IMG/VR virus record: IMGVR_UViG_3300009103_000001
Location: 146,158-210,157 of that record
Length of the DNA stretch: 64,000 nucleotides
Strand: one strand, 5' to 3'
Below, piece by piece: positions 8,728 through 17,816 of the stretch. The first letter of the stretch is position 1. Each line of letters begins with the position of its first letter. The translations under genes and the position numbers were made by a program. The notes under the pieces were generated by a model, which saw nothing but the letters and a program-made list of their open reading frames with translations, searched no databases and was not told the DNA's origin.

Positions 8728-10548
8728 TTAACCAATAATTTTATTAAATAACTCATTTGTTATATCTAATGTTTCATGTTCATCACCCATTACAGTATCG
8801 ATAATTTTCCTTTTCTTTTCTAAAACACTATAAATCATCTCATCTATAGTTCCAACAGCGATTGGGTAATACACATTAACGGTTTTATTAGTACCGATTC
8901 TCCAAGCTCTATCTTCTGCTTGAGCATGGTTTGATGGGACAAAATCTAAATCATTCATTATAACAATTTCAGCTTTAGTTAATGTTATTGCGGTACCAGC
9001 TGAAATTAAATTACCTATAAAAATTTTTATATCGTCATTTTCTTGGAATTGGTCTATTGACCTTTGTTTTTGTTTATCATTCATTTTACCGTTATGACCA
9101 ACAGCAATTTTTCCAAAGTGGTCTATTAAAGCGTCAAATGAATGTGTAAAAGTGGTAAATATTATAACTTTTTTTCCATTTTCTATAGCTTGTTCAGCTA
9201 GTTCAATACTTTGTTTTGTTTTTTCTAAAGCCAAATATTTTCTTAAAACAACTAATTCAACCATATGCCTACCAGCTCCTAAATTTTTACCCTCACTTTT
9301 AGCCCACTCTAAATACTCATTAAAAACATTATTATATTCTTTCATATCATCAATTTCCATATAATATGGTGCAACAATTTTTGGGGGTAAGTCTAAATGG
9401 TCTTCTTTCTTTCTTCTTAATATTAATGATTTCGTTCTTTCATGTAACTCTTCTAGATTAGAAGCCCCATCAGTAATCCAAATATCTTTATAAAAACCAT
9501 TTTTGGTTTTTTTACGAAACTTTTTAGCGGCACAATACCTAAAAGCATAATATTTCCAACTATTAGTTATTGGAGATTCACATAAATATAGTAAATTATA
9601 AAAATCCATTGGTCTATTGGCTATTGGCGTTCCTGTTAATAACCATTTTCTTTCAATAACCTTACTTAATTGATTAATTACTTTAGTTCGTTGTGATTTT
9701 GGGTTTTTAGCCATATGACACTCATCTACTATCATTAACTCAAAACCTTCATTAGCTAAGTGACGATTTATCTCATGGTCCTTATATTTTTTTCTACCAT
9801 CCACAAGAGTGTGAAAATTTTTTAAAATATCATAATTGATTATAGTAAATTTTTTAGGGTTCCAATGTCCGGTTTTAATTATTGAAATATCCTCTTCTGG
9901 TACAAAATTAGATATTTCTCTAAACCAATTAATTTTAGCGTTAGCAGGACAAATAACTAATATTTTATCTACACCACATTCTAATGCGGCTATTATTGAC
10001 ATATAGGTTTTACCTAACCCCATATCATCACCCAAGATACATTTATTTTTACTTAATAAAAACTTTACACCTTTTTCTTGGTGTTTAAAAGCTTTCCACC
10101 CTCTTTTATCTATTTTAGTGTATTTTTCGAAATCAACATTAACATTAACATCTTTTTCATATAAATTTTCAAAAACTTGTGTTTTTGGTACATAAAACAT
10201 TGGTGAGTATTTTTGGTTTTTAAATACTTTACCTTTAACGTGGTAACTTTTTTCTGTATCACCTAAAACTACCTCAACTAATATTTTTTCTGGAATATGA
10301 TTTAAATCAAATTTTTCTTGTAGTTGTTTACCTAAAAACTCAGTAATACCAACCACTCTGTTTAAATTAAAAGGTTCTTTATTGAAATTATTATTTATAT
10401 ATTCTGATAAACTAGGGGTTATTGGGAATGGCCCCTTTTTTTCTAATTTTTCTTTTAATGATAAAATATATTCATTATTTCCATTATATTTTTCTAATTT
10501 AAATAATGTTTTTCTATTTTTTAATTTATTAATATCTAACATAATCAA
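8728..10548 (-). CDS. SNF2-family helicase/translocase
   Basis: GDDMGLGKT (Walker A), VDECH, LTGTP and QAEDRAWRIG motifs. Confidence 0.92.
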   Translation of the reverse strand: MIMLDINKLKNRKTLFKLEKYNGNNEYILSLKEKLEKKGPFPITPSLSEYINNNFNKEPFNLNRVVGITEFLGKQLQEKFDLNHIPEKILVEVVLGDTEKSYHVKGKVFKNQKYSPMFYVPKTQVFENLYEKDVNVNVDFEKYTKIDKRGWKAFKHQEKGVKFLLSKNKCILGDDMGLGKTYMSIIAALECGVDKILVICPANAKINWFREISNFVPEEDISIIKTGHWNPKKFTIINYDILKNFHTLVDGRKKYKDHEINRHLANEGFELMIVDECHMAKNPKSQRTKVINQLSKVIERKWLLTGTPIANRPMDFYNLLYLCESPITNSWKYYAFRYCAAKKFRKKTKNGFYKDIWITDGASNLEELHERTKSLILRRKKEDHLDLPPKIVAPYYMEIDDMKEYNNVFNEYLEWAKSEGKNLGAGRHMVELVVLRKYLALEKTKQSIELAEQAIENGKKVIIFTTFTHSFDALIDHFGKIAVGHNGKMNDKQKQRSIDQFQENDDIKIFIGNLISAGTAITLTKAEIVIMNDLDFVPSNHAQAEDRAWRIGTNKTVNVYYPIAVGTIDEMIYSVLEKKRKIIDTVMGDEHETLDITNELFNKIIG

Positions 10549-10598
10549 TTAAATATAAAAACAAATGAAATAAAATAAACTAAATAGGGAATAACTAA

Positions 10599-10606
10599 AT
10601 ATTTAT
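10599..10606 (+). promoter_or_regulatory. Putative phage late-promoter motif ATATTTAT
   Basis: Same motif at 24290, 26767, 34509, 37386, 39072, 43375, 46425, 49278 and 53764 (+), and at 3051 and 7504 (-), each 5-50 nt upstream of a start codon. Confidence 0.55.
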
Positions 10607-10620
10607 AAAAAAAAAGAATT

Positions 10621-11136
10621 ATGCCTAATAAAAAAAAGTGGCCAATAACTCGTGTAAGTAAATTTTATGATAAAACAGATTTTAGTCTAGAAAATGATAT
10701 GGCTAGAGAATTTGTTGAGGGTGACCTTAATTTTATTGTGGTTTTGTTTAAGGTTGATAGAATTAAAAGTCAAACCGATGATACATATGGTGAAGCTGAT
10801 GCTGAAGAAATACAATTTCACCCACCATTAGAGATTAAAGTTAGACCAGTATTAAACCCATCTGAACAAAAATCATATTCAGAAGGTTATGGTAGATATG
10901 AAGATTATGGTAATTTAGTTTTTACTGTATTTGTAGACCAATTAAAAGAATTAGATACCGATATAGATTATGGTGATTATATTGGTTATCCAGATTTTGA
11001 AGATAATATAAAATATTTTACAGTTGTTAATGATGGTAAAATATACTCAGATAATGAACATACAAGATTAGGGTATGAGGGGTATTATAGAACAATAACT
11101 TGTGTTACAGCAGATGAAGATGAATTTAATGGTTAA
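10621..11136 (+). CDS. Probable neck/head-tail connector protein (T4 gp14-like)
   Basis: First gene of the structural block; D..YGE motif and size fit neck proteins. Assignment is from memory of the family. Confidence 0.45.
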   Translation: MPNKKKWPITRVSKFYDKTDFSLENDMAREFVEGDLNFIVVLFKVDRIKSQTDDTYGEADAEEIQFHPPLEIKVRPVLNPSEQKSYSEGYGRYEDYGNLVFTVFVDQLKELDTDIDYGDYIGYPDFEDNIKYFTVVNDGKIYSDNEHTRLGYEGYYRTITCVTADEDEFNG

Positions 11137-11138
11137 TT

Positions 11139-12176
11139 ATGGCTTTACCTAAAAAAAGAAAAAAAAATATAGATATAAAAGTTGTTGACCCTAACAGTGG
11201 TCCAGAAAAATGGGTAAGTCAGTTTTTAGAAAAAAATAAACAATTTTTACCTAGGTCAGTAGATTTTGCTGATTTAGATGGTGGGTTTATTGATTTTGTA
11301 AATAATGATTTAGGTATAGTATTAAAGGGAAAAAGAGTACCAACACACTTTTTAACACTACAGAGATGGAATGAATTCGCTAAAATTTGGCCACACACAG
11401 ACAAGTATAAAAACATGAAAATACCATTTATTTCTATTGTTAGAAGACCTAATCCGGAAACAGGTACTAACCCTGCCGACTTTAAAATACCGATAAGAAA
11501 AAATTTCCCTTATATGCAAATACCTGTTTGGGACGGTAACCGTAAGGGGGCGGATATATACGGTATACCAAACCCAGTAGGGGTGGATATGTTCTATACT
11601 GTTAGATTTTTTTGTTATAGAATGCGTGAATTAAATAAATTAAGCCAAAAAGTCTTACAAACATTTGCGTCAGCACAAGCATATATTAACATAAAAGGAC
11701 ATTATTTCCCTATTATGTTAGAATCTATTGGAGATGAAAGTCAAATAGACGATTTAGAGGGTAAAAGATTTTATGTACAAACATATGAGATGAAGTTAAT
11801 GGGTTATATTGTAGATGAGGAAGAATTTGAAGTTAAACCAGCTGTTAGTAGAATTTTTGTCACACAAGAAGTGGATGATAAAAAACCAAAACCAATTGTT
11901 AACTTTATGAATGATGAAGATAATGATAAATCATTAAAATGTATAATACAATTTTTACCAAATGCTCCAACACAAATTAAATTTAAAGCAGACAATAAAA
12001 CTAATTTTTCTAGTATTGAGGTAGATAATATAACTACTTATGATATATATAAAAATGGTGTGTTAGTAACTGTACCTTTCACTGTAGAAGATACTGACCT
12101 TATAACTATTAATATTGTTAAAACAGATTCAACTAAAATTAGTGAAATAATACTTAGAGGATTAATTATAGTATAA
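11139..12176 (+). CDS. Probable tail terminator / sheath completion protein (T4 gp15-like)
   Basis: Follows the neck-like gene; YTVRFF...ELNKL..KVLQTF...FPIMLESI pattern. Confidence 0.45.
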   Translation: MALPKKRKKNIDIKVVDPNSGPEKWVSQFLEKNKQFLPRSVDFADLDGGFIDFVNNDLGIVLKGKRVPTHFLTLQRWNEFAKIWPHTDKYKNMKIPFISIVRRPNPETGTNPADFKIPIRKNFPYMQIPVWDGNRKGADIYGIPNPVGVDMFYTVRFFCYRMRELNKLSQKVLQTFASAQAYINIKGHYFPIMLESIGDESQIDDLEGKRFYVQTYEMKLMGYIVDEEEFEVKPAVSRIFVTQEVDDKKPKPIVNFMNDEDNDKSLKCIIQFLPNAPTQIKFKADNKTNFSSIEVDNITTYDIYKNGVLVTVPFTVEDTDLITINIVKTDSTKISEIILRGLIIV

Positions 12177-15100
12177 TGAGTGACGGATGTGGACCTGACA
12201 TAGTAAAATATTTTATTGTAGAACCTGGTGGTAGTGGTTCTGCAACGTTAACTGGGGTTACTGGTAATTTTAGTGTTTGTTCTGGAACAACATTTTTAAA
12301 CACCATATCTGGTTGTACAGATAATGTTAATTTTAATAATAATATTTTTTATAATAATGGAGAAGTATTATTTGATTCCACTTTAACCGCCTGTACGGGA
12401 ATATACACATCAAACATATATGGTTGTTCACCAATAACAGTTCAGGACGATTTAATATTAAATAGTGGTTTAACTTTTAATACGATAACTAATAATAATA
12501 TTTTAGATAGGGTATTAGTTGTTAATAGTGGTGGTACTGTGGAATATAGAGATGTTAGTTCTATTGCACCAGAAGCGAAACTACAAAACACATATTTTGT
12601 TTCCTCATTAAGTGGTGACAATTCTACGGCTTTGGTTGGGGACATAAATAAGCCTTGGAAAACGATAACGGGTGCTAGAGATGCATTATTAACTGATGCG
12701 TTAAGTGGGCAAACTTTAATATATGTATACCCAGGTATATATGATGAAGAAGAGATACAATATGAAAATGGTAATATGTATCTATCTCCAGGGGTTTTAA
12801 TAAAACCACCAAGAAGGTTTCATAGTTTAGATATTATTGGGGTAAACACGGGAACTAAAACTTTTACTGTTAATGGTAATTGGGCAACTTATATTACAGT
12901 AGGTTCCCAATTTAAAATGATAGGAAGTACAGGAAATGATGGTATTTATACCGTTTTTAGTGTTTCTGATGTTGCGGCTACAACCGAAATAATAACTGTA
13001 GAACCTATTCCAGATGCTACGGTTGATGGATATATTACTTCTAATAGATATATTATTCCTCTAGGTATTGCCCCAACATATGCACCACTATCTTCATCTG
13101 CAACAACATTTAATTTGTTTGGTGAAGGTGAAATTTATATTGATAAAACCATTGACGATGATTGGGCCAATGGCTTTATTAGTGCCAATAATGATAGTCA
13201 GTTATATTGTGATATAAATAAAGCAACTATAGTTAAGGGGATTATTTGTGGCTTGGGAGGTGATAGTAATGTTATATTTAAAGGTAATGTTTTATCTGTA
13301 ACAGAAGATGGTTATGCAATGTCACCCAGAGGAAGCTCTAATTCTGTATTTGATTTTCAAAAAATTATAAGTTCTGGAACTACTTGGACGTATCGTATTA
13401 ATGGTTTTAATGGTACAACCGTTCTTAATGCAGGTACATTACAAAATTATGGTGGTGGTGGATTATATGATGCTCCAATATCGATATCATATATGAGTGG
13501 TGGTAGGGCGACTATAAATTGTCCTGAAATAATTGCTGGTGATAGTGCTAAATATGGTGTGGTTACAACATTTAATAGTGGTGGTAGATTTGAAGTTAAT
13601 GGAAATATAATAGCTGGTACTGGAGTTCAGGGCGTTAGTATTAGTAGAGATACTGGTTGTGAAACAATAATAAATGGTAACATTACGACATATGATTCAT
13701 ATGCGTATATTAACGATAATATTTTAGGTGGTAGTAGTTCTAATTCTAAAACTTATATTAATGGTGATATAATTGTAACAAATGGTACAGCAAATGCGAT
13801 ACGACACAATTCCCAAACACTTAGATTAAATGGTGAAATACTAAATGTTGACCCCTCTGGTACAGGAACAACTTATAACGGTATTAATATTGCTAATTCT
13901 GGAAATCTTATAATAGATAATCTTAAAATAAAAACAGATAATGAATCAATTACCGCAAGTGCTCCTAGAACAGTAAATATAGAAAATGCTTTATATATTG
14001 ATAAACCATTACATTCCAACATAACAACAACTGGTTTATATAATTTTACAGGGACTACAAATGTGGGTGATTTAGTAATATATAATACTCCGACAAATGA
14101 CAATTCTTTAACTCAGATATTAGGTAGAAATTCTACAACTGGTGCTATAGAATATGTAGATGTTAATTCTATTATAACTGGAGCAACTTCACAAGATACA
14201 TTTGTTACAGGATTCACATTTAATAATTCAACTTACGATTTAACAATTAAACAAAATGAAGGACAACCTGATTTAGTCTCTAACTTAGCTGTTTTAGCTT
14301 CAGACGTATATGTTCTTAGTGGTGTATATAACCCTTCAACAGGTATTGTAACTTATACAAATTCAACAGGTGGTACATTCCAAGTTAGTGGCTTTACAAC
14401 AGGTATGACCGATTCTTATACGACTGACGCGTACATAAGTGGTACAGAGATACGATTTGATAATAATATTCAGGGGATTAATTTTTATAGTGTAGATTTA
14501 TTACCATTATTAAGTGGTAAAACCGATAATACAACATTCAATAGTTATACCGCGATTACCCAAATGCAACTTGATACTAAAGTAGATTCTGCTAATAATG
14601 TTGGTGGTGCGAATGAATTTTTTAAAGATAAAAGTGGCACAACATTAAACTTTAGAACCCTTTCAGGTGGTTCAAATACAACAGTTTCTACAGTAGGTGA
14701 TGTGGTTAAGGTGGACGTTACTATTCCAGCTGATACAAACACATTTGTCACAGGATTCACTTATAACGACTCTAATACATTCACTATATCTAGAAATGAT
14801 GGCGTAGATTTATCGGCCTCTATTAACACAATGACAGGTTTAACTGTTAATGGTTCTGTATCAGCAACAACTTATTTTGGTGATGGGTCTAACTTAACAG
14901 GCATCTCTACCGATGATAACTTTGTTACAGGTGGTACTTTTAGTACTGGAACACTTACTTTAGAAAGACAAAACGGTATTGTAACTGTTACAGGGTTTAC
15001 TAATGATATTGATACATTTAGTACTGGTGGTACTGTAACACAAGCCGCGACAAGTGGTAGTAGTGAGGTAATAGTACAGATAACTGGAAACGATGGTTTT

Positions 15101-17122
15101 ACACCATATAATATAACAGGATTAACAGATACTTTTGTTAGTGATTTTTCTTTTAGCTCCAATACATTTACAATAACCCAAAATGACGGCTCCACTTTTG
15201 ATAGTAATTTAAATACGATTGAATTAGGTAATATATTAAGTGCTGTTACATTTAATATAGCAACATCAGGTACTATTTCAGCCACAACATTTAATGGCGG
15301 TACATTTAATGGAACCTTTATTGGTGATGGTAGTGGTTTAACAGGTATAACAGACAACGATACTTTTGTAACAGGGTTTACATATAATAACGCAAATACA
15401 TTAACAATAGAAAGAAATGATGGTATTAATTTAAGTACTTCGATTAATACAATGACAGGTTTAACTGTTAATGGAACATTATCAGCAACAACTTATTATG
15501 GTGACGGAAGTAATTTAACTGGTATTGGTGGGACATTTACAGGAAACACATCCGCTACTTGTATTACAGATTTATGGGTAACAAACATTAGTGGGTGTAG
15601 TCCGGTTACTATAGGTACAGAAGCAATATTTAACCAAGATGTAAGTGGCGCTACATCTTATTGGACAACCCCAAATACTGGTGGTGGTGGGCCAGGTTCA
15701 ATGACTCCAGCGATAACGATAACACAACAAGGTAGTAGTCAAAATTATTCGGGTCCAGCCATAAAACTTCATAATACAGTTAATAATGAAAATGCTTATT
15801 TATTTTATCAAGATGGTGGTAGTGGTGCAGATAATGGTAACGCATTTAACTTTATAAGTGACGGTGGTTTTAATTTTGAGGCATCTGGTGACTTTGGAAC
15901 TGGCGGTACAGGATTTTTCAAAATCGCTAAAGGGCAATCAAGTTTTATAATAGATGATAATGGGTCAGCACCAAGAACAGATATTAAAATACATAATGCT
16001 AATGGTGGTACGGCATACGCAAGATTAAATTTAGGGGCAACTAATGATTATTGGTATTTTGAGGCAGATGACATTACTACACCAATGCATATTGGGTGGG
16101 ATGACGGTGTTACAGAAAAAAATGTTTTTATATTTACTACAGATTCAGGAACTATAGATACACCACTTTTCATAACAAGTGGGGCAAGTACAAACCAAGA
16201 CCTTTTAACTGTTAGTGGAAGAACAAGAACAATAAATTTCCAAATGATAAGTGGCGCAACTGATGGTTATATTTTAACTTCAGACGCAGATGGTAACGGT
16301 ATATGGTTACCAAATATTTTTGTTACAGGAACAACTTTCGCTAGTAATCAATCAATAACATCAAGAAATGATGGTACAGAGATTTTTAAATTAAGTGGTG
16401 GTACGAATGTAACCTTATCAAACCCATCATCAAATCAAATTAAGATAGATGTAACAGATACCAATACAACAATAACTGGGTTTACTTATGATGACGCTAA
16501 CACATTCACAATAAGTGATAGTGATGGGTCAAATTATTCTGCTTCTATTAACACAATGACAGGATTAACCATTAATGGTGATTTAAATGTTAATGGAGAA
16601 TCAGTATTTAGTGGAAATAGTACAGATGTTGTACAAATATATGGTTCTGGGTCAACATCTCCAATATTTAGAATTCAAGGTTCAAGTGGTGAGTTGTTTA
16701 GTGTAACAGATAGTCTTGTTGGTGAATTATTCGCTGTTAATGATATTTCTGGGATACCTATTTTACAAGTATATTCTGATAATAGAATAATATTGGGCGA
16801 TAATTTAGCCCCATCATTATATACAACCGCTAAAGTAACCGCCTCATCTGGTTCATCGACATCTATTTATTCAGTACCAGTTAGTGCATATACGGGTGCG
16901 TGGTTTGAGTATACGGCTAATGATGGAACAAATTTAAGGGCGGGTAACATAGCTTCAATATTTACTGCTTCAGATGTTAATCATAATGAAACAACAACCA
17001 CAGATATTGGGAATACAAACGATTTAATAATGGATGTTTCGGTTTCTGGTGGTAATGCAACACTAACAGCGTCAGCAACTACGAGTAATTGGGAAATAAA
17101 AACAATTATAAGGAGTATTTAA
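12176..17122 (+). CDS. Large tail fibre/spike protein with beta-helix-like domain and T/G-rich repeats
   Basis: 1648 aa. FVS...G.NS.AL...KPWKTI...YVYPGIY precedes a beta-helix-like region; multiple DTFVTGFTY.D.NTFTI repeats. Confidence 0.75.
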   Translation: MSDGCGPDIVKYFIVEPGGSGSATLTGVTGNFSVCSGTTFLNTISGCTDNVNFNNNIFYNNGEVLFDSTLTACTGIYTSNIYGCSPITVQDDLILNSGLTFNTITNNNILDRVLVVNSGGTVEYRDVSSIAPEAKLQNTYFVSSLSGDNSTALVGDINKPWKTITGARDALLTDALSGQTLIYVYPGIYDEEEIQYENGNMYLSPGVLIKPPRRFHSLDIIGVNTGTKTFTVNGNWATYITVGSQFKMIGSTGNDGIYTVFSVSDVAATTEIITVEPIPDATVDGYITSNRYIIPLGIAPTYAPLSSSATTFNLFGEGEIYIDKTIDDDWANGFISANNDSQLYCDINKATIVKGIICGLGGDSNVIFKGNVLSVTEDGYAMSPRGSSNSVFDFQKIISSGTTWTYRINGFNGTTVLNAGTLQNYGGGGLYDAPISISYMSGGRATINCPEIIAGDSAKYGVVTTFNSGGRFEVNGNIIAGTGVQGVSISRDTGCETIINGNITTYDSYAYINDNILGGSSSNSKTYINGDIIVTNGTANAIRHNSQTLRLNGEILNVDPSGTGTTYNGINIANSGNLIIDNLKIKTDNESITASAPRTVNIENALYIDKPLHSNITTTGLYNFTGTTNVGDLVIYNTPTNDNSLTQILGRNSTTGAIEYVDVNSIITGATSQDTFVTGFTFNNSTYDLTIKQNEGQPDLVSNLAVLASDVYVLSGVYNPSTGIVTYTNSTGGTFQVSGFTTGMTDSYTTDAYISGTEIRFDNNIQGINFYSVDLLPLLSGKTDNTTFNSYTAITQMQLDTKVDSANNVGGANEFFKDKSGTTLNFRTLSGGSNTTVSTVGDVVKVDVTIPADTNTFVTGFTYNDSNTFTISRNDGVDLSASINTMTGLTVNGSVSATTYFGDGSNLTGISTDDNFVTGGTFSTGTLTLERQNGIVTVTGFTNDIDTFSTGGTVTQAATSGSSEVIVQITGNDGFTPYNITGLTDTFVSDFSFSSNTFTITQNDGSTFDSNLNTIELGNILSAVTFNIATSGTISATTFNGGTFNGTFIGDGSGLTGITDNDTFVTGFTYNNANTLTIERNDGINLSTSINTMTGLTVNGTLSATTYYGDGSNLTGIGGTFTGNTSATCITDLWVTNISGCSPVTIGTEAIFNQDVSGATSYWTTPNTGGGGPGSMTPAITITQQGSSQNYSGPAIKLHNTVNNENAYLFYQDGGSGADNGNAFNFISDGGFNFEASGDFGTGGTGFFKIAKGQSSFIIDDNGSAPRTDIKIHNANGGTAYARLNLGATNDYWYFEADDITTPMHIGWDDGVTEKNVFIFTTDSGTIDTPLFITSGASTNQDLLTVSGRTRTINFQMISGATDGYILTSDADGNGIWLPNIFVTGTTFASNQSITSRNDGTEIFKLSGGTNVTLSNPSSNQIKIDVTDTNTTITGFTYDDANTFTISDSDGSNYSASINTMTGLTINGDLNVNGESVFSGNSTDVVQIYGSGSTSPIFRIQGSSGELFSVTDSLVGELFAVNDISGIPILQVYSDNRIILGDNLAPSLYTTAKVTASSGSSTSIYSVPVSAYTGAWFEYTANDGTNLRAGNIASIFTASDVNHNETTTTDIGNTNDLIMDVSVSGGNATLTASATTSNWEIKTIIRSI

Positions 17123-17123
17123 A

Positions 17124-17816
17124 ATGAGTTTTGGAGATAAGAATTTTACATATGGTCCTAGAATAATAAAGGGTGGTTTGGTATTCTATGTAGATGCAGC
17201 AAATCCTAAATCTTATGTTAGTGGAGATACAACAACTAATGACTTAATTTCAAATATTACTGGAACGCTAGAAAATGGTGTAGGTTACTCAATTGATAAT
17301 AACGGTAGTTGGTCATTTGACGGTAGTGATGATAATATATCTTGTGAACCAATAAATGAAATAAATAATGTAACATCATTAACATTTTCGTTTTGGGGTA
17401 AAAAGAATGGGTCAGGAGAGGTATTAGGGTTCAACACGATTCAAGATGTCACCACAGATAAAGTAGTTCTTTACTGGTGGTCAAATGGAATTGTTTATTT
17501 TGCTTGTAGAAATGGGGCATCAAATGTAAGTCCTAGCATTTCATTATCATATGATACTAATTGGCATCATTTTGTGGGTGTTTATGTTGGTGGGGGTAAT
17601 TTAAAATTATATGTTGATGGGGAATTATCTGATACTGAAAGCGGTGCACCAGCATCCCTAAGTTCAAATATTGGTGATAATTTAACCATTGGTTATGTTA
17701 ATAATAGTAACTATTCAAAAGGAAACATATCAAATGTTAAAATATATAATAGGGCGCTTTCACAAACAGAAATAACACAAAACTATAACGCACTAAAAGT
17801 AAGATTCGGATTATAA
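17124..17816 (+). CDS. LamG/concanavalin-A-like domain protein (1 module)
   Basis: GLVFYVDAAN.KSY, SFDGSDD, WHHFVGVY, LYVDG and ISNVKIYNRALS motifs. Confidence 0.85.
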   Translation: MSFGDKNFTYGPRIIKGGLVFYVDAANPKSYVSGDTTTNDLISNITGTLENGVGYSIDNNGSWSFDGSDDNISCEPINEINNVTSLTFSFWGKKNGSGEVLGFNTIQDVTTDKVVLYWWSNGIVYFACRNGASNVSPSISLSYDTNWHHFVGVYVGGGNLKLYVDGELSDTESGAPASLSSNIGDNLTIGYVNNSNYSKGNISNVKIYNRALSQTEITQNYNALKVRFGL

